NCBI GenBank assembly: GCA_010015805.1
Contig: ML978130.1
Location: 620,001 to 684,000 of the forward strand
Reading direction: 5' to 3'
From: Rhizodiscina lignyota
Lineage: Eukaryota
DNA length: 64,000 bases
The translations under genes and the position numbers were made by a program. Below, one piece after another: positions 34,455 through 45,775 of this stretch (position 1 is its first letter; every line of letters starts with the position of its first letter). The notes below the pieces were generated by a model. The model did no database searches, had not been told where the DNA came from, and was given only the letters and a program-made list of their open reading frames with translations.

Positions 34455-35582
34455 ATGTCATTCAACTGGCTTATAACTGGAGCCTCGAACGGCTTGGGAG
34501 CCACTCTCGCTATTCACGCGTTGCGCGCAGGGCACGGAGTCGTGGCGACCGCTCGAAATGTGCCAAAGGCTTCGAAAGATTTCCCTGAGATTGAAGAGCG
34601 AGGCGGTAAATGGCTAAAGTTGGACGTCACGCAACCAGACACCGAAGAGGTTGTGCGCAAAGTTGTTCAAGAGCAGGGGATCAATGTCATTGTGAATAAT
34701 GCGGGTACGTAAGAGTTCACATGTTCAGTACATCTGCGAGCATTTGTTGAGCGTTAGTTGGGTTGAGCACGAGATCCATCTATCAACTTTGAGGCGAGGT
34801 GTCAGAGGAAACCAGCAAGATCAAAGGGCTCTCCTTAAAAGATCGCAAAACCACTTTTAAACACTATACTGCTCTCTATGTTAAGCTCTCTTGCTAAGGT
34901 CAACAAATACAGGATTCGGTGGTCGTGGAGTCCTGGAAGATTTCACGTAGGATTATCCACTCAATTAGCGATGGTGATGTCAAGGCTGATCACATTGTGC
35001 AGACTCCCAGAAGTGCAGAAGCAATTTGACACAAACGTCTTCGGCGCCGTTGCGGTCATGAAAGGCGCCATACCAACTTGGCGCGAGCGACAAGACGGAA
35101 CTTTTGTCAATATCAGCAGTGTGGCGGGCATGGTTGGGAACCCTGGCTCTTCTCTGTATTCAGCGTCAAAGTTTGCACTCGAAGGTTTCACGGAAGCCAT
35201 TGCTCTGGAGCTGTCTCCTTTCAACATCCGCTGCCTTATCGTACAGCCTGGTGGATTCCGCACGGACTTTCAACGAAACGTTTTGAGGCCAATCAAGGGT
35301 CGCCTTTCTCAGCCGTACGAGGGAACGCTTGTTCACAAGCAGATGGACAGGATTGAGGAAGGTCCGACGGGGCATGGTAGGCAGCCGGGAGATCCAGACA
35401 AAGCAGCAGATGCCATCATTGAGGTTGTAACGAAGAAAGGGAAGGGCGGAGCTTACGAAGGTGTCCTTAGGTTGGCTCTTGGAAATGATGCCGTTGATAG
35501 GGCGAGGGCGAAGCTGAAGTCTTGGTCAAGTGATGTTGACAGGACAGAGGCACTTGGCCGAGGTGCAGTGTATGACGGTTGA
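34455..35582 (+). CDS. Classical short-chain dehydrogenase/reductase, 3 exons
   Basis: WLITGASNGLG, VNNAG, FDTNVFG, NISS, YSASK and VQPGGFRT. Introns 34705-34912 and ~34947-35002. Confidence 0.92.
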
Positions 35583-35662
35583 GAAAGCACGCAATGTCCT
35601 GGCGTTTGCCTTGAGGTATAGAAAGAACTAGAGGCATTGCGATATAGACAAGAATCGAGCTT

Positions 35663-36548
35663 TTACCATGGCTGGACGGGTGTCGCGTACCACCTCACAA
35701 CCTTTCCCACATCGTCATCCCTAGCGCCCTCCACGACTTCCTTCACGAAATTACCACCAAGCGCCGGATCTTGGGCGCCTTGAGCTTTCATCTGCGCTCT
35801 GGACTTTTCGTCGCCACCCGCTAACCCAGTTGCGAGGAAGCCAGGAGAAATAGCGAAGACCTTGACACCGTCATTCCTGAGGGTCTTGTACCATTCCCTC
35901 ATCATCATGTTCATCCCCGTCTTCGAGCTCCTATACGGTGCGACCGTATTAGGTTCTGGCTTTGGCCACCCAGCGGGCGGCGGGCCATTCAAGCGCGAAT
36001 AAATTGGGCCATCCATAGGTTCGGTGCCAGCGAGGGTAGCTGTGCCGCTGGCCATGAAGATCAAACGAGCATCGTCACCCTTGAGGAGCAGAGGAGCGAA
36101 GACATATGTCATGATATGGGTCCCTGACACATTGACATCCCAAGTCCTGTTCCATGCTTTTCGAATGCTGGAGAGGTCATCCCAGTCGATGCTTGAACCG
36201 TATTGTGCGCCTGTTTTTACATTAGGAAATAAGCGCCACCATGAAGAGGGTGATGTATCACAAACCTGCGTTGTTGATAAGGATATCGAGTTTGCCATAT
36301 TTAGAAGACACCTCCTCGAAAGCCTTTTTGATGGAATCGTCATCCTCAATGTCAACTTGCAATGCTGAGAGGGTGCTCTGCGAGTTTGGAAACTCTGACT
36401 GAAGCTCTTTGATAGCATCTTGAGCCTTTTGGATGGAGCGGCCGCAGAGGAGGATGGTGTATGATTTGCTCGATTGAACGAGAGCCTTGACGATCTCATA
36501 TCCAAGGCCGGTATTGCCTCCAGTGATGAGTGCAAGTTTGGCAGCCAT
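35663..36548 (-). CDS. Short-chain dehydrogenase/reductase (carbonyl-reductase-like), 2 exons
   Basis: ALITGGNTGLG, LDILINNAG, intron ~36211-36265, VNVSG, YRSSK and ISPGFLAT. Confidence 0.92.
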
Positions 36549-37897
36549 ATTGGTGAGTCGCAAGGAGCTGTCTCGTAGAATTGGAAATTCAATGTCTTAG
36601 AAGGGCGTCGTTGAAGGTGTTGTCGTGTTCAATGGCATGAAACGACGCCTCGACTGGTATTTATGCAGCACAAAGGACTCCTAGCTCTATTAATGGTATG
36701 AGTCAATTGGAATTGGAATGCGTGGAGAGCAGGGATGTTGTGCACTGGCGGAATTAGGGTTGAGGAGGCGCCACCCTTTCGTTTAGCTTGCGCCTCTTGG
36801 GGTGATGCTAGACAATATCGATCTAGTATGGATCTATCCCGCCCCTAGCTTTAAGCTTAGTTCTCCATTCTCCGGCCCTGACTTGGGGGACTCATACATC
36901 CCATTGCGGAGGAAAGAACATCCTCTACATGCGGATCCCTCTCGGCACTGGACTAGATAAGAGCTGTTTCCTCTAGCGCAGATTGACAGTTGCTCAGATT
37001 GACAAAGCATTATCAAGCTTAACGCGGCCGACTGGGACAAATGCGGGAATTCCCTGAAAGTTGCAAAGCCACACAGCAACCTTCGGAACCCGGAACGCTC
37101 TCGATCCTTTCTCCTAAGTCCAGCGCCGACCTTACAACTGCGAGCTTTGCATGGTACCACCAAGTACAACATGATGAGCATGGAATTGAAGCCACCTTGA
37201 GCCTTCGGCCTTGAATTGAGAGCGAGATTTTCTACCGCGCGCTTGCCAGACAATGATGGAAACTCCGGCCGTTAAGTCCGATACGTCTAGGGTTAGGGGT
37301 GGATATTCAAACTGCAGTGGATTGGGTTCTCAGAGGCTACCTAGCTTCCCGTATGAATTGCATGAAGACTCTTAAGAGAAGCAGAAATTCACTTGGATAA
37401 TTCAAAAAGTGAGTAAAAGCTGTGGTGGTGCGTCTATTCAAAGTCTATTTCGGACGAGCCCGCCACTGGACAAGCTGTGACGCCTAAGGGCTATCATTTC
37501 TGGGCACTTCAAGATCCCCGAGAGTATTTCTTAAAGCTGTATTGTATGTGTTTTAGAGTCCATTCTTACAATTTGCGTATATTGATCGAGTCTTACTATA
37601 CTTGCCAAATACGAGTCTGGCATCATCACTTTTTAGGGTTGGGTTCGCCCACTACTTTCCTTTCTTCTCCCACGCGCCCAGGAAGAATGCGAATACAATA
37701 GCGGCAGGACACAGTGTATAAATATCTATGTGGTAATGCCACATATGACAATTGTCTAGAGAGTGTGTGAACTACTTATTTGCTGTCCTTATGCTAACAT
37801 CGCACGCTATCTCCAAATTGGAGCGAACAGGGTGGAATGGTTGACAATAGTATGAGATGCCGGCTTCAACGTGTAATGCATCGGATGTTTTCTAAAC

Positions 37898-40800
37898 CTA
37901 TCCGAGTACCGTCGCTCTGTAAGGAATGATTCGCACTGGCTGGATGAGCCCGTAGTCCTGTGCTGGCGCAGGCGGGGTTGGCGGCGGTGCGCCAGAGCTC
38001 AGCAGCTTATCCCAATAAACACGCAAGACGTTCAGCAACGGCGTGCTGACCACTGCTTCCACAGTGTTCTCACCCTCAATCAGATACTGCGATACATCTG
38101 CTTTAGCCCAGTTCAAATCCAGCGGTGGGAGCGTATGACCATTAATAGTGACCCGAATGGTATGAACGATGGCTCCGAAGTCGATGAACGCACCAGTCGA
38201 TGAAGAACTGTTCGAATACGACGATCCAGCAGACCAAGTGAAGCTTGTACTGTAGTATCCCAGTCCAGATACGTTCTGGAGGCCATTAATATTCTGCCAT
38301 GACGTGAGTGTATCGAGATGATGCGTAGTATTGGTCTTGCTAGTTTTCTCAATATCGAATATGTCGGAAGAGGGAGTCCAGCTCTCCGCGACCAAGGTCC
38401 AGTTTGACAGAGCCAAAGTTGATTGAGCTGCGCCAGCAACTGAGTGAACCTTGCCTTCTGAGGTAGTCACACTCATGCTGGAGGATCCAGGGCCAGCAAT
38501 GGCTACCAACTTGCCATCGGCGCTAGACAGTCCAAGAATTCCAGCGTCGGCAGAGGTTGCATGAGTTGTGGGGACCGGGCTATCGCTCAACGGTGAGTCA
38601 GCAAAGGCTACTATAGTAGACTGATTCCCAGCGAGCTGGAAGAATATGGTTGTTGAAGTATCCGTTTGAGAATAGTTGAGGATTGGCTTTTGCTCTCCAG
38701 TCCAGGCGTCGAACGTGTATGGTACTCCAGTGGAATCAAATTGGACTGTGCCTTCACTGTAGCCATTTCCGAGTCCCAGATTACCACCATCGTTGTACAC
38801 GAATACGTAATCCATGCCCTTCAGATCGTCGCGTCTCCAGTATGTATACCATGTGGTATTGGCAGATAACTTGGTCAGAGGTGTAACCCCAATCGAAGCC
38901 AGGGATGCCGCGAGCCCCTCATAAGGGATAACATGCACATTGGGTAGGGATGCCAATGGCCTCAGAACATCTGATATGAGGTTGTCCTGAACTGTCTCCG
39001 CTGTGAGAAGATAAGTGGGAAACCCTCCCGAGAAGAGAATCGGAAGCCCAGCGTGAGCATACTCAGCAAGCTGTTGCACTCCGTTGGGCGTCATGGAGTC
39101 GTTGGCTCGAACAACAAGCGCTTTGAATGCCTGCCTCTCTGGGGCCAATATGCCTTTTGAGACATATGCTTCTGGCAAGTTGAAATTATCCGGACTCAGA
39201 TACTCGTACCCATAACCGGCTTTCTCGAGGTCTGTCGGCTGGTAGTTTCGAACGATTGAGGGGAAGTTTGTGATCTTCATGTATAAAGCTACATCCAGCT
39301 TTGGTATCCCACTCTGAAATACGAATTGGAGACGGGCCGCAAAGTCAATCGTGTCTGATGCAAAATTCCAAGAAGGCTGTCGCTTGCCGTGCATCTCACT
39401 GTACTGGTAGTCGAATGTTGTGAACCTTGAAAAGTGTTAGCCAAATTGCTACAAGTCCCATAGCTGGCTACATCATGAGGGAGCGGTGCAAGTAGGAAAG
39501 GCTTTGCTCTAAGCAGTTCTGGGTTGATGGTGTTGGCTGCCACCGCTTGAGCAGACCCCACCCAATTTCAAACTTGCAGCGATCCGCTGGCTCGCTTGAG
39601 TTGGAGGCGTAGCTCGCTGCGAGTCCCTGAACATTACTCATCGTTTGTTTCTCACGGCTGGCAGAGAGCAAAGCAACTCCTACTACTTCTGCATTTAAGG
39701 ATGACACAGGTTTGAGATATACTGTAGGAATCGAAATAGAGACGAAACCTTACCCTGGCCATGTTGTATTGCCATACTATGAGATGTCAGCCTCCATTGA
39801 ATGAGTGTTTCCATAGCACTTACAGGACCGGAGTATGGGTAACCGTGGAACACAAACTGATTCACAGACCCCGCAATGGATCTTTTCACGTCCCAAAGTA
39901 GCTCCGGCATGGTCTGTTCATAAGCCTCGAGATGGTTGGCACCGCATTCAGTCGAAATAATCCGCTTTCCAGCCAGGTTTGAAGGACCAGTGTACTGGCG
40001 GTATCCATCTATGAGGTGATTGAATCCCAGCGATTCGCACTCAGGAGCGTCGACATTCGGTACGTTTTGCAACATGTCCATTGGCAGATTGTACGAAATC
40101 TGTGCAGAGTATTGAATATCGAGGTATTCATGGGCCCAGTTATTTAACGTCTCAACGTAGACACCGTACAAGTCGGTCAAAGTCTGCCGATAGTCTGCTA
40201 TGTGGCCGTCGCCTGCATCGGACTCATCAGTAATCCACCATATTGGTGGCTCTGAGTCGAATCCTATTTTGTTCTCGTGAAACAAAATCGGAAGCCATTT
40301 CGTGACGTCGTAGTTGTGCTGCGCAGCAAACACGGATGGGAAATCCCTGGTCCAGAAAACATTGCCTCGAGTTTCGATGCTATCTTCCCAGCCGTAGTTG
40401 CCTACTTGCATAACCAGTTCTTTTGTTCCGTTTGTAAGAACATATTTCTCCCAGAAGTCTGTTATAGTCTTAGCTCCCGTAGCGGAGAAGTGGTCCACAG
40501 ACCAAGATCCATTCTGAAGCCATGTCTGAGGTGTTGTTTGCGGCCCTTGCAAGAAAGCTGGATCCTGCTGGGCGCGATAACCGTTGTGGATTAGATAGAC
40601 GAAGAAGAGGTTAATCTCCAATCCTGTGCTGTTTGCCTGGAAGTTGACGTTTAATGTTCCATTTGCAGTGACACGGCTGGTCAAGTCTTGAAGGCTATCT
40701 GCGGCCAAAGTAACTTGTGTCCGATTGTGGGGGGAATCGCCTGGAAGGCCGGGGGCAACGCCCGTTGCGTTCAAGGACGGGGGTGAATTTGGGACGGTAA

Positions 40801-41535
40801 CATTGACTGATGAAACGACTGTGCCAGCAATCACAGCCTGAAGAGAACCAGCAGGCCAATCGCTCCAGCCTGGAATCTTTCCAGAGAAGGAGCCTCCTGT
40901 TGGAATTGAAACATTGTATGAGTACAGATCCCACATCAGGCCTTCGGAGTTCTCAGGAGCGGGAACACCCTGCCCTTGGTTTGGACCCATGGCAAAATCC
41001 ATGATGAGACCATTGTCCACATGAGCTTGAGCGAGGGCATTGAAGGCTTGTTCTGTTTCTAATCAGCACTGCAATACGAATTTAGGACAAGCTCCACGCA
41101 CGCCACGCTGGTGTTCCCCAGCCATAGATAGACCAATCATCCGGAGCAAAAGTTCCTGTGCCTTGTGCAGTGCCTGCAGCTCATTAGGCCGACCCCATTC
41201 GCATTTGATGGGGGAAAGCTGAATACCTCCGTAAAGGTAGTAGCCCAAGACTTCGACTCCACCAGCACCTACTTCTCCTGCCTCCTTCACATCTTCGGCA
41301 AGAGACGCATGGGAAACTGAAGCATCTGGCACCCAGTATCTGTAGCGCGGCCGAATTTTGGCAGAGGGATTCTGGAAAGTCCCGGCGTCAATGGCAGCAT
41401 TGACCAACGCGTCAGTATGGTTTTCAGGCAGACCCGCTACGCATTGTAGCAAAGTAGCGAGAGCTCCTACGCCAGTTATCTGGGCACTGTCAGTATACTC
41501 TAAGAAAACATAGGCTTACTTACTGTGGACCACAT
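37898..41535 (-). CDS. Secreted GH106-like (alpha-L-rhamnosidase family) glycoside hydrolase, multi-exon
   Basis: FQNPSAKIRPRYRYWVPDA, GAGGVE, MDFAMGPNQGQGVPA, VDHFS, WEDSIE, DAPECESLGF, ISTECGA, GSVNQFVFHGYPYS and SGLGYYSTSF. Five introns reconstructed, including 39426-39753. Family assignment is from recalled motifs. Confidence 0.8.
39491..39684. repeat. Imperfect inverted repeat (17/20 bp arms) with an inner stem, inside the long GH106 intron
   Basis: 39491-39510 agtaggaaaggctttgctct versus the reverse complement of 39665-39684 agtaggagttgctttgctct. Inner stem 39572-39582 pairs with 39614-39624. Confidence 0.75.
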
Positions 41536-42398
41536 CTTGACAATAGTCCTAAGGCACAAAATCGCGCTCGGCCAAGCGCACCACAGCCGCCTTTAACTTC
41601 GTCATGACTCCTGTACAATGAATGCATGTAGAGTCCCTCTCTTGTCTCGGATGATCATCAATACGATTTCTGCAAGTAGATATCATGTACTCCGCACCTA
41701 CAATTAGTCTCTTATTAGGCTGTACAAGGTAGCTGATGGCCCTAAAGAGTGCCTCGCGCACTACCAAGGATGGCTAGAGTAGAGTATGGTTTTGTGGACT
41801 ATCTCTCATACTGGTTTAGTCTATGGCGTGCAGCCACAATTTTATGACGCTGCTTCATTTATAACTGCATGGTGAATTCCGTTGAACAGACTCTTTTTGA
41901 TGAATGGCGCTACCGTGACGCGTCGCGCTATCGAACGGACGCGTCTGTTCGCGCACATTTCCATCATCTCTTGCAGCCTGGAGGATCGCAATCCAGGAAC
42001 GAGAGGGGCCATTCGGTCTGTATAGTACCGAGCACTGTGTATTGAGCATAGCCGCACAAGATGATGCATGAAAGGCGGAGGAAGGCGTCGAAGTTGGAGA
42101 AGGCGATCCTCAAGCCACCCCGCCTCCGGGCATCCGTTTGCCGGCTTCCCCTGATCTTCTCCCCGCGCCACTGCATGTGTTCGCTGCATCTCGGCAAATG
42201 ATCTGAATGGTTGATAATTCCATCATCAATGACATTGATTTATGCTGACTATAGCAGTAGTTATAGTGTCAAAGCGGAGGCAGTAGGTTTGATGATGCCG
42301 ATTCGTAACAGAAAGTCTCTTCGTTTTTAACTACTCCCACGTAATGGATAGCCTGATTGAATCGACGTACTCGACAGTCGACAATATAAAAATTGACA

Positions 42399-43807
42399 CT
42401 ACAGCCTGCTTCTCCTCCCGTCAGCACCAATATGCTCTCTAGTATACACCGAAGCACCCTTCGGCGGCACTGGCGGCAGCTCGGGGATCTGCAGCTCCTC
42501 CTCACTCAGCAACTTCTCAGCATCATATCCGAACAACCAGTCTTTCCTTCTCTTGTCTCCCCAAAACATTGGATTACTTCGGTTATCGTGCTTCATCATC
42601 CTGTCTCTCTCATCTCTTGCTGGTCCATCAGGCAGGTGTAGCCACTCTTGCATCACCCTAGTGTTCTTCGCAATATATTCTCCTCGTCCTTTCCTCTGTT
42701 TCTCATATACGCTTAGAGCCTTGGGGATGTTGTCATACTCTTTTAGCACAGCTCTTAGCGTCCCGGCATCTTCGGTGGCCTGCGCAGCACCTTGTGCCAG
42801 ATACGGCATCATAGGGTGGCAAGCATCGCCTAGCAATGCCACCTTGCCGCTTTCATGTATCCAGTGGTCCAGTTCCGTCTCCAAGTCCGCAAGTTTCCAC
42901 TTCAAGTACTGACCCGTCAATGCGGCCAGCTTCCTGACTGGCTCGCACCAGTCTTTAAATCGCCTGACCAGTTCGTCGTTGTCTGCTGCACTTTTCCATT
43001 CCGCTTCTCCGACGGGGTCACCGAGATCTGTATCATGCGTGATGTCCATGATAATGTTGTACATTTCTCCGCCTCTGAGGGGGTATCCGACTGCATGGCC
43101 TTCTGGTCCCAGCCAGTGCATTGCCCATGGCTCTGTTACAAGGCTTCTCGTGGAAGGATCCTCGAGCAACGGCGCAGCTGGCACCAAGATTCGATACGCG
43201 ACGTCGCCAGTGTCTACAAGCTTTGCAGGCGTTCGATTGATAGTATCTCGTATTGCTGATTTGATACCGTCTGCGCAAATAACTAAGTCACCTTTGATAG
43301 TCTCGCCCTGCTCTGTCCGAATAGAAGGAGCGTAAAAGTCATAGTCAACGACGCGACAATCGGTCTTCAAGGTGATATTGCTGTGCTTTTTGGCTGCATC
43401 AAGAAGTGCGTTGATCAAATCCGCGCGGTGGATAAAGTAGTATGGAGCTCCATATTCCTCAGTGACATTTTTCAACGGGATATCTAGGAGAACGTTGTTC
43501 TTCCAGTCCAAGAAGCGATTGCCTGCTGATTCGACCTTCTTGACCTTCGATAGATCGACGCCCCATGAAATGCTAAGACGAGAGGAGTTGGGAGGTACGC
43601 GAATTCCAGCCCCCACCTTGAGAATGGATCAATAAGCATCTGAGCACTTTAACATATGTTCACAAAGGAAGGGGATCCTGAACCGACCTCCATAAATTCC
43701 TTCACGGCCTCAACAACAGTGACATGATGGTTGTCGGTAGCTAACGCGAGTGCTGTCTGTAAGCCCCCTATCCCAGCTCCGACAACGACAACATGGAGAT
43801 TCTTCAT
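42399..43807 (-). CDS. FAD-dependent monooxygenase (salicylate hydroxylase-like, group A), C-terminal PTS1-like SRL
   Basis: VVVVGAGIGG, EVGAGIRVPPN, IHRADL, DLVICADGIKS and LLGDACHPMMPYLAQGAAQATED. Intron 43617-43687. Ends RRSRL*. Confidence 0.93.
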
Positions 43808-44187
43808 GTTTTTACACTGGACTTGATCAAATGTAATGTTGAATACGTAGAGATTCACATCTTGGCTAATTGTGCAAAATGACAAGGAAATACCTCAAGA
43901 TGACCGGAGGATGAAGGACCGCGGCAATCCCGCACCATCGGTCACAATCGGGAAAGCTGCCGTCATTTTGCAGGGTTGTTAAGCCATCTGGAAATCACAT
44001 TAAGTTCCTTGGAGACTACACAAAATACCTTTTAAGCATCATACGCGCTATTCTCCTAATGTCTGCTTTTATGGTCGTATTTCTAGCCAATTCGACTCCT
44101 AGTGTACATTTGAAAAGCCCCGCCATCCGCCATTTTGGAGTATCTTGCCTATCTCGTCTCTCACACCGTCAAAAGCCGCGTCTCGGA

Positions 44188-45355
44188 TTATCCGGGCAAC
44201 TCAGCAATGGGTGGCTGGATCTTTGGATCATGGACGTCTCTTCTCGCTGGAATTGGCTCATGATCCCACTTAGGTATTCTGGGAGTCGGCGTTGCGACCT
44301 GCCTTCCATTTCCGACGGATTGTTCTCGGATCTAGTAGCAGGATGTCACTTTCCGCTAATGAATTCAGGTCTGCCGGGAGTGCCAGGCGAATACTTGCTC
44401 GCAGCATCTTTTTTGTGACTGCGACTCCGATAACGTCGGAAGAGGAAGATCACGAGTGGAATGAGGACAAAGGCCAGTCCGACCGGGATGCCAATTTCCA
44501 GTCCCATTGACCGACCTCTATTGTTGGATGGTGGAGTAAAGGAGATGGGCTCAGATGTTTGCCCTGAGGTTGGAACGGCCGTGGTGATATAAGAGGTGAA
44601 GACTGTTGTCGGTCCGTTGCCAGCCATCGAGATGATTGATGTTATCGTGACTGGCGTGACGATGTGAGTGGTGGGCGCCGTAGCTGTGGCTGTCTTTTGT
44701 GCGCTGCTTGCTCTGGGCGGAGTCTCCACGTCACTTTGGCTGGGGTTCGAAGACGAAATTGACAAGTGCTTCGAAGGTTCGGGGGATTCGGATGGTGAAG
44801 ACTGGTGTGATCTGGAAGGTGCCGTGTTGGAGGTCGATAGATGGGAAGATCCTGCTCCCCTATTATCGATGACATTGCGGTGCCATCTGGAAGCTCGAAG
44901 CGGTCCGCGCCATTATCGCAGCAGTTGATAGAGACGCGATTGGCATCACAGCAGTAGCTTCCGTCGTCGCATTGGAGAACTGCTTGATCTCCTCCGTTTG
45001 AATTGTCTGCGAAGAAAGACTTTAGTCATAGGGTTTGTTTGTTCATTTTGTTTCATTCAATGGTTCCCTTACTGTCAAGGCAGAAATTCGGGCAACTGCT
45101 TCCCCACTCTTTGTCCGTGCAAGAGTATCGGCCAAGGTAGTTCTGAGCTTTGTAATAGCATAGGCCGTTCGAGAGGCAATCCCAGTTCGCTGGACAGCAC
45201 ATACCGCCGCCAGAAGAGCACTGGTAAACCTTCTCTGCAGTGACAAGATTGCCATTCGGATAGTAGCATTGCTGGCAGTTTGCCAGGCATACCAAAGAAA
45301 TGTAGGTTAACAGACAATAAAGAGGGCGGCTCCAAATAGACATTATGGAAGGCAT
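44188..45355 (-). pseudogene. Disrupted single-pass cell-surface protein (Cys-rich ectodomain, Ser/Thr stalk, TM, tail; Mid2-like layout)
   Basis: Signal peptide, QQCYYPNG..CC..CLSNGLC..RYSCTDKEW..CPNFC, an intron, then GDQAVLQCDDGSYCCDANR..CC. The stalk and TM (GLEIGIPVGLAFVLIPLVIFLFRR) are in another frame from ~44860. TGA at 44346-44348 precedes the tail motifs PSEMEG and (in another frame) PIAELPG*. Confidence 0.62.
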
Positions 45356-45775
45356 GGCGAGTTCAATGTTTGTCCAAATCCGATGTGAAATTAGCAGATG
45401 GTGAAAGAGAATCGGAGGTTTGCAAATGTTGCGCAGTCCCGCGTAAAGCAATCAGGCCAAATCGAATCGTGTGTATAAAGGTGCTGCTAGCTCTCGAGAG
45501 CAAAGTAATGTTTACGTTCAGAGCAATCAAGGCGCAGGTTGGACAGAAGCGGCTAGCAGCATCAAACGTCACTCTACGCAGTGCGAGGCAGGATCGACTG
45601 AACATGGATCCAAATGCCAACAAGTAGGCACAAATTTCAAATTCTTTATCATGTGTGAGATTTGTTCGAAATCATTAATCTGGTATCTTCTCAGCAACCA
45701 TGCATTCGACATGAACACATAATTGAACCACAAACCAGGACGCCATTCGATGCAATCATAAACATGCGCATATTG

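Noticed and set aside
37288..37298. TAGGGTTAGGG telomere-like sequence, plus scattered single TTAGGG hits
   Set aside because: Fewer than two full units, which is expected by chance.
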